Below, one piece after another: positions 1 to 9,213 of a DNA stretch of 64,000 nucleotides. The position numbers and the translations under genes are program-made. This DNA is from a virus: positions 17,968 through 81,967 of IMG/VR virus record IMGVR_UViG_3300026292_000602. One strand, written 5' to 3'. Positions within the stretch are counted from its first letter, which is position 1. Every line of letters starts with the position of its first letter. The notes under the pieces are model-generated. The model was not told the origin of the DNA and ran no database searches. It was given only the letters and a program-made list of their open reading frames with translations.

Positions 1-1045
1 GCCTTTCGTACATTAATTTATTCAGTTGAATTGAATAATCTAATCTACGTACTCTGTTATCCTCTGTACCTTTATTATTTTTTAGTACAAGGATATCATC
101 TATTTCATAATGCCATAAAGGGAAGTGAGTAGTTGCGTTACCACCACGTACTCCATTCTGCGTACAACATCTTACAGTTGACTCGAATTTTTTTAGAAAC
201 GGAATCAAGCCAGTGTGTGCTACCTCACCACCTCGTATCTTAGAATTGATAGCTCTAATACGTCCTGCATTAATTCCTATCCCTGCTCTTTGTGCCGTGT
301 ATCTACCAATGGCCATATCACTCGAAAAAATAGAATCAAGGGTGTCATCAGTATCAACAAGAACACATGAAGCAAACTGTCTAAGAGGAGTACGTACACC
401 GGCCATGATTGGCGTCGGGATATTGATTTTAAAAAGTGAGGTCGCATCATAATATCTCCTTACATATTGCATACGTGTTTCTTTAGGATAGTCAGCAAAT
501 AATGTTGCCGCTATCATCATATACATAACTTGTGGTGATTCGTATATTTCTCCTGTACTTCTGTCTTGTACAAGGTACTTGTCAACAATTTGTCTTAGCC
601 CTGCATAGGTAAAGTTTTCATCTCTATTATGTTTGATGTATTTGTTGAGTTGTTTTAATTCTGTTTCAGTATATTTTTCTTTAATAGACTCGTCGTAGAC
701 TCCGCCTTTTATATTTCTATCTATAATTTTAAGTAATGAAATCGGATTGTACTGACCAAACGTTTCTTTATAGATAGGGTAAAGTAATAATCTTGCCGCG
801 GCGTATTGATAGTTGGGATTTTCCAACGTAATCAGATCGTTAGCAGACTTAATAAGTATCTCTTGTATTTCTTCTGTAGACATTCCATCATAAAATTGAA
901 TATTAGCCGTCATTTCAATTTGTGAGGCACTTGTTCCTGTTAGCCCTTCGGTGGCTTCTTCAACAACAAAATGAATTTTATTAATGTCTAGGGGTTCTAC
1001 TGAACCATCGCGTTTTTTGATTTGTATACCAACGCCATTTGACAT
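1..1045 (-). CDS. nrdA: Ribonucleotide reductase class Ia alpha subunit, N-terminal part (runs off window start)
   Basis: Not in the ORF track. Manual translation from the ATG at 1045 gives MSNGVGIQIKKRDGSVEPLDINKI (ATP-cone) ... TPIMAGVRTPLRQFASCVL ... AQRAGIGINAGRIRA ... CCTQNGVRGG ... VLKNNKGTEDNRVRRLDY, matching E. coli-type NrdA motifs. Confidence 0.95.
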   Translation of the reverse strand, partial: MSNGVGIQIKKRDGSVEPLDINKIHFVVEEATEGLTGTSASQIEMTANIQFYDGMSTEEIQEILIKSANDLITLENPNYQYAAARLLLYPIYKETFGQYNPISLLKIIDRNIKGGVYDESIKEKYTETELKQLNKYIKHNRDENFTYAGLRQIVDKYLVQDRSTGEIYESPQVMYMMIAATLFADYPKETRMQYVRRYYDATSLFKINIPTPIMAGVRTPLRQFASCVLVDTDDTLDSIFSSDMAIGRYTAQRAGIGINAGRIRAINSKIRGGEVAHTGLIPFLKKFESTVRCCTQNGVRGGNATTHFPLWHYEIDDILVLKNNKGTEDNRVRRLDYSIQLNKLMYER

Positions 1046-1090
1046 TCTACGTGCTCCTAGTTAAAATTTAATTCCTAATTGATAATGTAT

Positions 1091-1516
1091 TTATTGTAGC
1101 CAGGGCATCTTATAAATGCGTTGTGAAACAAAGTTTGTGGGTAATTCAGTCTTTTGAACAACCTCATTGTAGTTGTAGCACAAAATATTATTTTCGATAC
1201 AAACAGGATAACAATACTCCTCATTATCGTGGTCTCTAACAATATGTATCTCGAAATTACTTCGAGAAAACCTATTAGTTAATTGTAAAGTGTAACATAC
1301 TCCGAGGCTATTTGTCAAGTCGCAAATGCTGTTTTGAGCAAGTAGTTCCCAAGGAGTAGGCCAAGTAGCTTGGTCCCATGGGTCAACACTTAACTTTGAA
1401 CGGGGTAATTTGTTGTAATAGTCTACAACATCTTGATATGGGTTGAGACTTACCTCTAGTTGTTCTCTAAATTTAGTCCAGTTAACGAGTTTAACCTCGT
1501 AATTGTCATTTGGCAT
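1091..1516 (-). CDS. Hypothetical phage protein
   Basis: 141-aa ORF directly downstream of the tail fibre gene on the same strand. Confidence 0.7.
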   Translation of the reverse strand: MPNDNYEVKLVNWTKFREQLEVSLNPYQDVVDYYNKLPRSKLSVDPWDQATWPTPWELLAQNSICDLTNSLGVCYTLQLTNRFSRSNFEIHIVRDHDNEEYCYPVCIENNILCYNYNEVVQKTELPTNFVSQRIYKMPWLQ

Positions 1517-1517
1517 A

Positions 1518-3146
1518 TTAAGTTTTGTATCTTACTTTGAATAATATATCGCCTGTGTCACTTGTAGTCGTGTTCTTCATTGATATAACTACTGTGTCTC
1601 TTGCTCCATTGGAGTCTTCGTCTGTTAATTCACAACTAAATGTTAAATTTAATTCGTAAGTTGATGCACCTGAGTATGTAAAGTCATCTGTAATCTTTGT
1701 TGTATTGTCTGCAAGGTTACATACAATATCTAGTGTACCTTCTCTAACTGCATTAACTAATGAACTTTTGTAAATGTAGTCAACTACAACACCTCTAGTA
1801 GAGTAACCTGGTACTCTTAAAACTCTTGTTGCAGTATTTTGTTGTGTTACAGGAAATCTGTAACTAAATTCGTTATCAAATACGCCTGGTCCTTCTACTT
1901 CTGGAACATAAGCATATCCTGACATAAAGTTTTGATCATAACTTAAACTAGATGTTCTGTCAAACCAATCAGCAGTAGATGAGTTAGAAAGAGCAGTACC
2001 ATCTGTAAATTTAATAATACTGTAAGTAGCATTACCTTCGTTACCACCATTGTTTCCAACACCTATATATCTATTATTGTGTGAAGTATTAAAGTTTCCT
2101 TTATGTACCCAAAGAGCTTGTCTATCTATGTCGTGGAATTCACTCGTTGTAACTACGTTACGTTGCGGTCCAGTCGCCATTCCTGTTTGACCTATGTTTG
2201 TAGACTCACCCCAAGCAATTCCGTATCTTAACGTATCGAACTCACACTTGTCAAAAACGTTTTCTACTACGTCGTAATCTGAACGTACTCCGTAACCATT
2301 GCTTTTAAATTTAATATTTTTAAATGTATTTCTATTACAAGAAACAGCAGTTGACAAACTAACCATTTTAATACCAATTTGGTTTGCTCCTGGTACTCCG
2401 CCACTTGCCCAAGTTCCTTGTATTTCTAAATCTTCGAATGTACTTTCTTTACATGAAGTTAGTAATATACCTGTGTTTGTAGTATTTTGTACTAAAGTCA
2501 TACCCTTTAACAAAATCTTTTGTGCTTGAGTTAACGTTGTACTTGAACTGTCTTGTGCATAACTTCCTGGTGTTGATCCTGAGTTAACAGTTTCAAATAT
2601 AGGAACGTTGCCACCTTGTGTAATTTTTACTTTATCTTTTCCTGCACCAACTAATGTTGCGTAAGGTGGAAGTTTCAAACTTGCACTTAATAAGTATTCA
2701 CCTGCTGGTATAGTTAATGTTACTCTACTTGCAGTTGAACCTTTAGTTGCAGTATTAAGATATAATTGATCAATAGCTCTTTGTAATACTACTGTTTGAT
2801 CTGATCCATCACCTGTAGCACCATAAGATTTAACACTTACTTCTTCGTCTAAACGTTCTTGTAGTGTTCTTGTAACAGGCAACATAGCAGTTGCGCCTGT
2901 TTGCATTGTAGTAATTTCTTTTTGATATGTATATTGATCTGCGAAGCTGAATAAGTTATCATGCTGAGTTAGTACTTTTGTATTACCAACTGCTGGAGAT
3001 CCTTCTGAAACAGATCCGTTACCTATGTAAAGTTCTCTAGTATCAACTGCCCAACCAAACTCACCACCTGCTAATTGTGGTACGCCTGATCCAACGTTCT
3101 TTTGACCTCTACGTACTTGTATTCTTGAAATTTGTACTATCGCCAC
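1518..3146 (-). CDS. Tail fibre/tailspike-like virion protein with pectate-lyase-like beta-helix
   Basis: N-terminal RIQVRRG...PQLAGGEFGWAVDTRELYIGNG (Mtd/hyaluronidase-N-like fibre motif). SVKSYGATGDGSDQTVVLQRAID...IPAGEY is a Pectate_lyase_3-like entry. TAAATA late promoter and AGGAG upstream. Confidence 0.75.
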   Translation of the reverse strand: MAIVQISRIQVRRGQKNVGSGVPQLAGGEFGWAVDTRELYIGNGSVSEGSPAVGNTKVLTQHDNLFSFADQYTYQKEITTMQTGATAMLPVTRTLQERLDEEVSVKSYGATGDGSDQTVVLQRAIDQLYLNTATKGSTASRVTLTIPAGEYLLSASLKLPPYATLVGAGKDKVKITQGGNVPIFETVNSGSTPGSYAQDSSSTTLTQAQKILLKGMTLVQNTTNTGILLTSCKESTFEDLEIQGTWASGGVPGANQIGIKMVSLSTAVSCNRNTFKNIKFKSNGYGVRSDYDVVENVFDKCEFDTLRYGIAWGESTNIGQTGMATGPQRNVVTTSEFHDIDRQALWVHKGNFNTSHNNRYIGVGNNGGNEGNATYSIIKFTDGTALSNSSTADWFDRTSSLSYDQNFMSGYAYVPEVEGPGVFDNEFSYRFPVTQQNTATRVLRVPGYSTRGVVVDYIYKSSLVNAVREGTLDIVCNLADNTTKITDDFTYSGASTYELNLTFSCELTDEDSNGARDTVVISMKNTTTSDTGDILFKVRYKT

Positions 3147-3170
3147 TTACTTGCTCCTTATACATTGTAT

Positions 3171-3851
3171 TTATGCGAAACGGTCATAGTACATATACAC
3201 ACGATCCCACCATTTTGACTCCCAATGTTTAAAATCGTCTGGCCATAGGTCAAATTGCTGATACTGTCCATCACGAGAACACATAAAAACGTGGCCTTCT
3301 TGTATTTTAGTACCATATACTTCATTGTGGGCTAAGGCATAGGCGGCTAACTGTAATTTATAGTCATCTACCCATTCTTCTTTTTTAGGCTTGTTTGTTT
3401 GTTTAAAGTCCATGATACATTCCACGCCGTTAAACACGCCTACGAGGTCTGTAGTACCGGCATAAATCTTCGGGTGGTATAATGCTACCTCAGAACCCCA
3501 TATTTCGTTAATATTAGCTACTGCGTTATCTTTAATAACACTAGCCATACTATTTGCTTGTTGACTAAAAGGATTACTACCTGCTTTAGGCCATTCTCCT
3601 GTGTCAATATAATCTTCTAAGAATTTGTGCATACGAGTACCAACACTTGCGGCTTCTGTAACAATCTCTTGTGCTTTTGCTTCACCTACTCTTTTACGCC
3701 AGTTATTAATAGCTGTCATATCTTTAGTTTTGCTTAATATAGTTGTTACACTTGCAACCTTATTTCCATCGGGACAAGCATAAAGCCTTTTTCCGTCTAC
3801 GGATTCTCTCTTTAACTCTTTATAGTCAAACTTCTTTTTGATTAGACTCAT
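3171..3851 (-). CDS. PD-(D/E)XK exonuclease
   Basis: SVTTIL, GTRMHKFLE, GSE, YAGTTDL, IMDFKQT and LQLAAYA motifs. Confidence 0.85.
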   Translation of the reverse strand: MSLIKKKFDYKELKRESVDGKRLYACPDGNKVASVTTILSKTKDMTAINNWRKRVGEAKAQEIVTEAASVGTRMHKFLEDYIDTGEWPKAGSNPFSQQANSMASVIKDNAVANINEIWGSEVALYHPKIYAGTTDLVGVFNGVECIMDFKQTNKPKKEEWVDDYKLQLAAYALAHNEVYGTKIQEGHVFMCSRDGQYQQFDLWPDDFKHWESKWWDRVYMYYDRFA

Positions 3852-4380
3852 TAGCCTCGCTCCATTTTGCTTTAAAATTAATTACAAGACAACGTCTTTT
3901 GTGCTTGTAAGGATAAGTTGCATGATTAACATTTCCGTTCATAATAATAGTCTTTCCTGGACTAGGTGGAAACTCATGAAATTCAATTTGTGTATTAGGG
4001 TGTGCCAACATTGTAACAAGACATCCGTCTTGTGTAAACATATCTTCTTCTTCTTTATTATCAAAATACATAACTGTACTAATTAAATTTGTTTTGTTAG
4101 TGTGATTGTGTATGCCTTGATAACCATATGGGTTATATGTAATATACCAAGACTGGTCTGGTTCAATATGTTCTATTGGAATATTTAATGCTTGTATTTT
4201 CTTTAAGACCCACATAACATAATCAAGTGATATAGAATTTAAGTCTATACTGTTTTGTGTTCTGTCTGGATACTCTGTTGTTTCTGTGAAGGAGTTTAAC
4301 ATTACCTTGTGCATAGTGTCGTAATGTTCGTATTCAGTTTCTATTAAAAACTGTCCAGAAGCAAAGTAATTATTGTCCAT
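3826..4380 (-). CDS. Putative Fe(II)/2-oxoglutarate oxygenase (TIGR02466/PF13759-like)
   Basis: W...YQGIHNH...ISTVMY...PGKTIIM...HATYP...RRCLVIN facial-triad pattern. Confidence 0.7.
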   Translation of the reverse strand: MDNNYFASGQFLIETEYEHYDTMHKVMLNSFTETTEYPDRTQNSIDLNSISLDYVMWVLKKIQALNIPIEHIEPDQSWYITYNPYGYQGIHNHTNKTNLISTVMYFDNKEEEDMFTQDGCLVTMLAHPNTQIEFHEFPPSPGKTIIMNGNVNHATYPYKHKRRCLVINFKAKWSEANESNQKEV

Positions 4381-5239
4381 CTTTCATCCAGTCGTGCCTG
4401 TCAGGGTCTAGTGTATGTACCATACCAGGAAGTGTTTCATCTGGTGCAAAGTATTCAAAGTCAAAGTCAACAACAAATGTTCTACGTGGTTTCTTTGCAG
4501 GATAAACACCATGCCATACCCTGCCGTCCATAATAACTGTTCTACCCGGATAAGGTCCAAACTGTGTCATTACCTGTGTTCCATCTGGGTTAGGCATTAA
4601 TGTATATAACATACCATTGTCTGCTGATTGTTCGTTAGTACCTGTTGTAGGTTGTGCGTCCATGGCCATTACCATACTAATACATAGTGGACCATGATTG
4701 TGTATTGCTTGATAACCTCCGTCATCATAATCAACACACCAACACTTACTAACTTTAATATTTTTTACTGGAATTCTATTTTTTCTAATTTGTTTCATTA
4801 CCCAGTCAAGTAACTTATCCCAATTAAGTTTATCAAACTTACTTTGATCTATTGGTGGAAAGTTTGATCCTTTGTTATCTTTATTAATATCAAATTCTGT
4901 TTCGTTTAATGTTTGTGAACTAGGAAAGCCTTTTTGTTCTGGCGTGTCTGGATTCATTTTATCTGAACGTACTACACTACCTCCCCACTCTGGTAAGTTT
5001 TTAGGAGTTACATCATATTGATATCCTCTAAATGTAGTTTTAATTCTAGCTTCGTCTTCTCCTCTAAATTCTTCGTTCTCAAATAATGTTAAGAACTCAT
5101 CATAAAAAGGACATTTCGTATCTATAATCCATTGATTCATTGCACTATGAAATTCCGTATTTGAATTAGGATTTCTATTTGCAAAATTCTCAGGTGCTAT
5201 GTGTTCAGTCTTTTCCGTCGCCATCTTCCCGCCTTTCAT
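4370..5239 (-). CDS. Putative Fe(II)/2-oxoglutarate oxygenase (likely start MATEK)
   Basis: CWCVDY...YQAIHNH...PGRTVIMDGRVWHGVYP...RRTFVVD; paralogous to the downstream ORF. Confidence 0.7.
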   Translation of the reverse strand: MKGGKMATEKTEHIAPENFANRNPNSNTEFHSAMNQWIIDTKCPFYDEFLTLFENEEFRGEDEARIKTTFRGYQYDVTPKNLPEWGGSVVRSDKMNPDTPEQKGFPSSQTLNETEFDINKDNKGSNFPPIDQSKFDKLNWDKLLDWVMKQIRKNRIPVKNIKVSKCWCVDYDDGGYQAIHNHGPLCISMVMAMDAQPTTGTNEQSADNGMLYTLMPNPDGTQVMTQFGPYPGRTVIMDGRVWHGVYPAKKPRRTFVVDFDFEYFAPDETLPGMVHTLDPDRHDWMKDGQ

Positions 5240-5546
5240 CTACCCAGGGGTGTTCCCAACTTGTATAATAAGGATCATTAAAGTTAGGATCGTCCATACC
5301 TTCAACTCCTTTTACTTCTGGGATATAATGTTTAAGCATATTCTCTACGCCAAGTTTTAATGTTACTGTACTACTAGCACAGCCTGAACAAGCACCACTT
5401 AACAACATAGTCGCTATTCCGGTTTCCTCATTAAAGTTTTGTAGTTCTATTACTCCTCCATGCCCTGCCACTGCTGGTTTAATTTTAGATTCTACTACTT
5501 GTTCTATCTCTTTTATTATTTCTTCTTTTGATCTATCTACTATCAT
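5205..5546 (-). CDS. nfuA: NifU C-terminal/NfuA-type Fe-S cluster carrier
   Basis: IKPAVAGHGGVIEL...LSGACSGCASSTVTLKLGVENML (CxxC Nfu domain). Confidence 0.9.
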   Translation of the reverse strand: MIVDRSKEEIIKEIEQVVESKIKPAVAGHGGVIELQNFNEETGIATMLLSGACSGCASSTVTLKLGVENMLKHYIPEVKGVEGMDDPNFNDPYYTSWEHPWVDERREDGDGKD

Positions 5547-6136
5547 AATACTATATTACTTCTGTCTCTACCATCGCAATTGATAGTAAAGGTTATTCTA
5601 TTTCCATTACTTTTACTTGCCTGTGTTTTGTGTGTTAACCAGCCAGGGAAAAGTAACACGTCATTTGTATTTACATTAACTTCTTTCCAGTAGTCATGTA
5701 TTGTTTTCTCAGGTATACGTGAGTAGTGTGTCCAGTTAGTTCTCATTAATTGTTCGAACATTAAGTTACCACTATCTTCTGGAACTTGTACATAAGCCGA
5801 AACCACTACGTTAGTTGAACCATGATCATGAGGTAATGTATGAGCATTGATATTATGTATGTTAGTCCAACTACCCGTAGCGACAACGTCTGTATACTGA
5901 ACGTCCCATTCACGTAAACAAATTTCTATCTTGGGTCGTAACCAAGTCATAAATTCTTGATTGCACTCCCACATATGAGGTGGGTTAGGATGGCCAGCAG
6001 TTGACTTGCCACCATCTGCTTCTGTTTGATGAAACTCCGCTTCTTTAGATTGGTAATCTAAAAATGAGTCTACATCGAATCCGGGTGTGTAATTATATTT
6101 CCAAACTAGGTTTGGAACGATCTTTACTTCGCTCAT
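5543..6136 (-). CDS. Putative Fe(II)/2-oxoglutarate oxygenase (TIGR02466-like)
   Basis: SWTNIH...PHDH...SAYVQVPEDSGNLMF...LLFPGWLTHKT...RITFTIN. Confidence 0.8.
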   Translation of the reverse strand: MSEVKIVPNLVWKYNYTPGFDVDSFLDYQSKEAEFHQTEADGGKSTAGHPNPPHMWECNQEFMTWLRPKIEICLREWDVQYTDVVATGSWTNIHNINAHTLPHDHGSTNVVVSAYVQVPEDSGNLMFEQLMRTNWTHYSRIPEKTIHDYWKEVNVNTNDVLLFPGWLTHKTQASKSNGNRITFTINCDGRDRSNIVL

Positions 6137-6186
6137 TGTTATACCTCATTACCTAATAGTATATAACAAAAAAACTAAAATGTCAA

Positions 6187-6528
6187 TTAAAGATTGGCGT
6201 TGGTTGCTCGTTTCGCCATTTGGTCTACTTGGTCGGGAGCATTACTTTGGACTGGTGCATCAGCATCAGCTTCTTTTTTAGTAGAAAGGCTAACACCTTT
6301 TTCATCAAAGTTCTTTACTAGATTTGCTAATTCTGGATTGGCATCATATATTTGTTTGAATCCATCATAGTCAAACTGTTGCATATCCATATTTTGCATT
6401 AATTGGTTAAGTGCTTCGAATGAAAGATAGGCAGGCTGATCTTGAGAATCAGCACTACCTATAGTGTTTCTAAAAATTTGAACGAGTGCGTCTTTGGAAT
6501 TTGTTGCCTCAGTTACTTTACTGAAGTC
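6187..6528 (-). CDS. -1 frame extension (113 aa) of the 6513-7388 protein, probably reached by programmed frameshift
   Basis: The frame is open from the GAC after A-AAA-AAG (6528) through DFSKVTEATNSKDALVQIFRN... into the listed 6187-6399 ORF. There is no ATG/GTG/TTG in the first 43 codons. Confidence 0.7.
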   Translation of the reverse strand, partial: DFSKVTEATNSKDALVQIFRNTIGSADSQDQPAYLSFEALNQLMQNMDMQQFDYDGFKQIYDANPELANLVKNFDEKGVSLSTKKEADADAPVQSNAPDQVDQMAKRATNANL

Positions 6529-7388
6529 TTTTTTTTTGAAGTTTCGTTAGTCTTTTTTTTTGAGTCAGTAAGCATTTGGCCTAAGCGTCTGCTTCTTTGT
6601 ACAGATTCACGTTTTTCTCTATCTGCAACTTCTTCACCGCCTGTTGCTGGTTCACTTGCTCCGAATTCATCTGCTACTGGTTCTTGTTCAGCACCTGCGT
6701 CCGCATCAACTGTTGGTTCCATATCTGCAACTGGATCCTCTGCAGGAGCCTCAGGGTCTGTTCCCATAGTTGCCGGAGCGCCTTCGCCTGTTACGATAGC
6801 TACGCCACCTGTCATTGCTTCTCTTGTAGTTTCAAAAACTGTATATAGATTTTCTAATGCTGGTTTTACAGTATTAATGAATTCTTCGCTCTTTTCAGAA
6901 CCAAGTTCGTCTCTGATCTTATCGCCTAATTCTAGCATTGATTCAGTTTGCATTTCTGCTGTGTCTTCCATCCAGCCTGTAATTCTGTCAACCATGTCTT
7001 TAGCCGCCATAACCAAAGTAGCTTCTTCTTCAGCACCTTCTTTTACTTCTTCTTTAGCTTCTTTGTCTTTGATTGCTTTTTTCATTGGTTCTTTTTTGTC
7101 GCCATCTTTGTCAGCGTCAATAAAGTCTGGTTTTGCTTTTGATCTTTCTGCAATTTCTTGATTAATAACGTCTAGGAACATTCTGCCTTTTTGGTAAGCA
7201 TCGCTAGTATGTACAGTATCAAAACTTTCATTAGTTTCAACTGCTGATAGCTGTGTACGTAATCTATTACGTGCATCTTCTAGCTGTTCATTAGTAAAAT
7301 CATCTAAACGTAACTTTGTTCCGAATGTTTTTGCTAGTGACTCATTTAAGTCTTTAGCTGATACAATTTTAAGTTCTGTTATTTTCAT
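6513..7388 (-). CDS. Acidic coiled-coil head-assembly/scaffold-like protein
   Basis: MKITEL...NE leader, Glu/Asp-rich helical sequence, DADKDGDKKE motif, late TAAATA promoter. Function is inferred. Confidence 0.55.
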   Translation of the reverse strand: MKITELKIVSAKDLNESLAKTFGTKLRLDDFTNEQLEDARNRLRTQLSAVETNESFDTVHTSDAYQKGRMFLDVINQEIAERSKAKPDFIDADKDGDKKEPMKKAIKDKEAKEEVKEGAEEEATLVMAAKDMVDRITGWMEDTAEMQTESMLELGDKIRDELGSEKSEEFINTVKPALENLYTVFETTREAMTGGVAIVTGEGAPATMGTDPEAPAEDPVADMEPTVDADAGAEQEPVADEFGASEPATGGEEVADREKRESVQRSRRLGQMLTDSKKKTNETSKKKTSVK

Positions 7389-7422
7389 ATCTCTTGTTCC
7401 TAACTGTTATAGTTATTTATCA

Positions 7423-7866
7423 TCAATCGTCGAATACATACTCGTCTAATTGGCAAATATAATCCCAAGTATGGTCTTTAGCTAGTTCAAACCGCATTTC
7501 CGCGGCTTCTCTACGGAATTCATCGTCTGTAGACTCTATAGTATGCTTATGGAAAATACTGTCCATATAGTGTTTACCCAGGTTTTGATCCAATCTAAGC
7601 ACCTCTACTTCTAGATTTGGGTTATTTCTAGCTCTTGCTTTAGAGTATGCTATTGCTCCACGTTTACTAAAGGTTGTAGCAATTCTTTTATGTGTCTTAA
7701 CATCAAATAGTATGAACCCACCTTCTTTTTTGGATTCTCTAAATATCGTATTCTTTATGCGTACTGACTTACCTTTACCTTTTACGTATGGCATATGAAC
7801 TCTCTTGAGTCCACTTTCCATTATGTCGTCTAAGTCTGCTTTAAGTTTAGTCGGGTTCATTAGCAA
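7423..7866 (-). CDS. Hypothetical phage protein
   Basis: 147-aa ORF in the late operon. Confidence 0.7.
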   Translation of the reverse strand: MLMNPTKLKADLDDIMESGLKRVHMPYVKGKGKSVRIKNTIFRESKKEGGFILFDVKTHKRIATTFSKRGAIAYSKARARNNPNLEVEVLRLDQNLGKHYMDSIFHKHTIESTDDEFRREAAEMRFELAKDHTWDYICQLDEYVFDD

Positions 7867-8053
7867 CTACCACAATCATTCCATTACGATTAACTTTAGT
7901 TATTAGAGCTTTTCTAATAAGTCCTTCGATAACGAATTGTTCTCTTTCAGGGAAACTGTTCATTGGTAACGGATTTTGTACTTTTGCTAGTACTTCTTTT
8001 TCTTCGTTACTTGTTTGAACGGTGAATTCTCCAACTAGATCATTTATTTTCAT
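7847..8053 (-). CDS. Small hypothetical protein with MKINDL...E leader
   Basis: Translationally coupled ORF (TAATG overlap). Confidence 0.7.
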   Translation of the reverse strand: MKINDLVGEFTVQTSNEEKEVLAKVQNPLPMNSFPEREQFVIEGLIRKALITKVNRNGMIVVVANEPD

Positions 8054-8508
8054 TAGACTACCTTACCTGCCATTGGATTAGTTCCTACGGCTTGGTCTGC
8101 TTTCTTTTTGACTATTGAATCTAGTTCTTTTCTATTATATACAAATGCTTGAGGCTCTCCTGGTTTGGCCTCTGGATTTTTCAATGTTACTTGATCTCCT
8201 TTAACATCATCTATATCGAATTCAGTTTCTTTTCCCCCTTGAGTGGGTATTGCTATTTGTTTACCTTTTTTAAGTATAGCTTGTGAAACTTTGCTTTGTG
8301 CTTGTTTTACGGCTTTCACTGCCTTTGCGCCTATGCCTTTTGCGGCGTTGGCACCGATCTTACCTAATTGAGCTCCCATCTTAACGCCAGCTTTTGCCGC
8401 CGCTGATCCCATCTTCGCACCAACACGGCCAGCAACGGCTCCTATTGCAGGTACTACTTCAACAATCTCTTGTTCTTTGATAGGTGATGTAAATTCTTTA
8501 GCTCTCAT
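8053..8508 (-). CDS. Ala/Lys/Gly-rich probable virion internal protein
   Basis: MRAKEF...IVE leader followed by an amphipathic A/G/K-rich segment. Confidence 0.6.
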   Translation of the reverse strand: MRAKEFTSPIKEQEIVEVVPAIGAVAGRVGAKMGSAAAKAGVKMGAQLGKIGANAAKGIGAKAVKAVKQAQSKVSQAILKKGKQIAIPTQGGKETEFDIDDVKGDQVTLKNPEAKPGEPQAFVYNRKELDSIVKKKADQAVGTNPMAGKVV

Positions 8509-8870
8509 TATTTTCTTCTCGGTATTTTTCTTCCAGTTCTAAATTTCTTTCTTCTTGTTGGAGCTCTTTTATATTTCTTCTGTGTCTGTGGCTTGTTAGC
8601 TTTTGTAAGTCGTTTAGTTAATGCTCCTGCTCTTTTAATACGTGCAGTCTTAACTTTCATTACACTAGCCTTACGTGCCTTAGCTCTCTTTATATTTATA
8701 GCACTTCCAACTCTCTTCTGTGCGTTACAGGTTGACGGTTGTGCTACAATTCTGCCCTTACGTGATCCACTTGTACATCTGTACTTACGAACCATTTTAC
8801 CTTTATTTCTTCCCCAGATTTGAATAACACCTTCTTTGATAGATTCAGTCATAATCTCGTTGATCTTCAT
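8508..8870 (-). CDS. Very basic (K/R-rich) small protein, paralog 1
   Basis: MKINEIMTE..E leader then QIWGRNKGKMVRKYRCTSGSRKGRIV...C. Confidence 0.75.
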   Translation of the reverse strand: MKINEIMTESIKEGVIQIWGRNKGKMVRKYRCTSGSRKGRIVAQPSTCNAQKRVGSAINIKRAKARKASVMKVKTARIKRAGALTKRLTKANKPQTQKKYKRAPTRRKKFRTGRKIPRRK

Positions 8871-9154
8871 TATCTTCTTCCGGCTTTATTCAATGCTTGT
8901 ACTCTACGTGAAGCTGGGTTAGTACGTTTTGTACGTCTAGCCTTCCTCATCATACGAGCACCTATTCTGGCTCTAGTTCTTTTTAATGTTAGTCGTGCCT
9001 TCATATTAGGAGCCGCAAAGCATTGTGACATCTGTTTAACAATACGTCCTTTACGTCTACCTACAGTACAACGGTACTTACGAACGACCTTTTTACCAGA
9101 TCGAGCCCAGATTTGTTTTTCATCTATTGGTTCGTATATCTCACGTACTAGCAT
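8870..9154 (-). CDS. Very basic (K/R-rich) small protein, paralog 2
   Basis: MLVREIYE..DE leader then QIWARSGKKVVRKYRCTVGRRKGRIV...C. Confidence 0.75.
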   Translation of the reverse strand: MLVREIYEPIDEKQIWARSGKKVVRKYRCTVGRRKGRIVKQMSQCFAAPNMKARLTLKRTRARIGARMMRKARRTKRTNPASRRVQALNKAGRR

Positions 9155-9213
9155 ATACGTATTTATGTTTGTTTTGGGTGTTTGTTTTGTTTTAGGAAGG
9201 GTGGTAAATTATA

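Noticed and set aside
3171-3851. Cas4-like nuclease suggesting CRISPR
   Set aside because: No Fe-S cysteine set, no other cas genes and no repeat-spacer array seen in the window; an ordinary phage exonuclease.
6442-7161. Long antisense ORFs (also 213-452, 8820-9263, 26126-26902, 58520-58948, 60531-60872)
   Set aside because: These are shadows of real genes on the opposite strand, with no RBS and a composition mirroring the sense codons.
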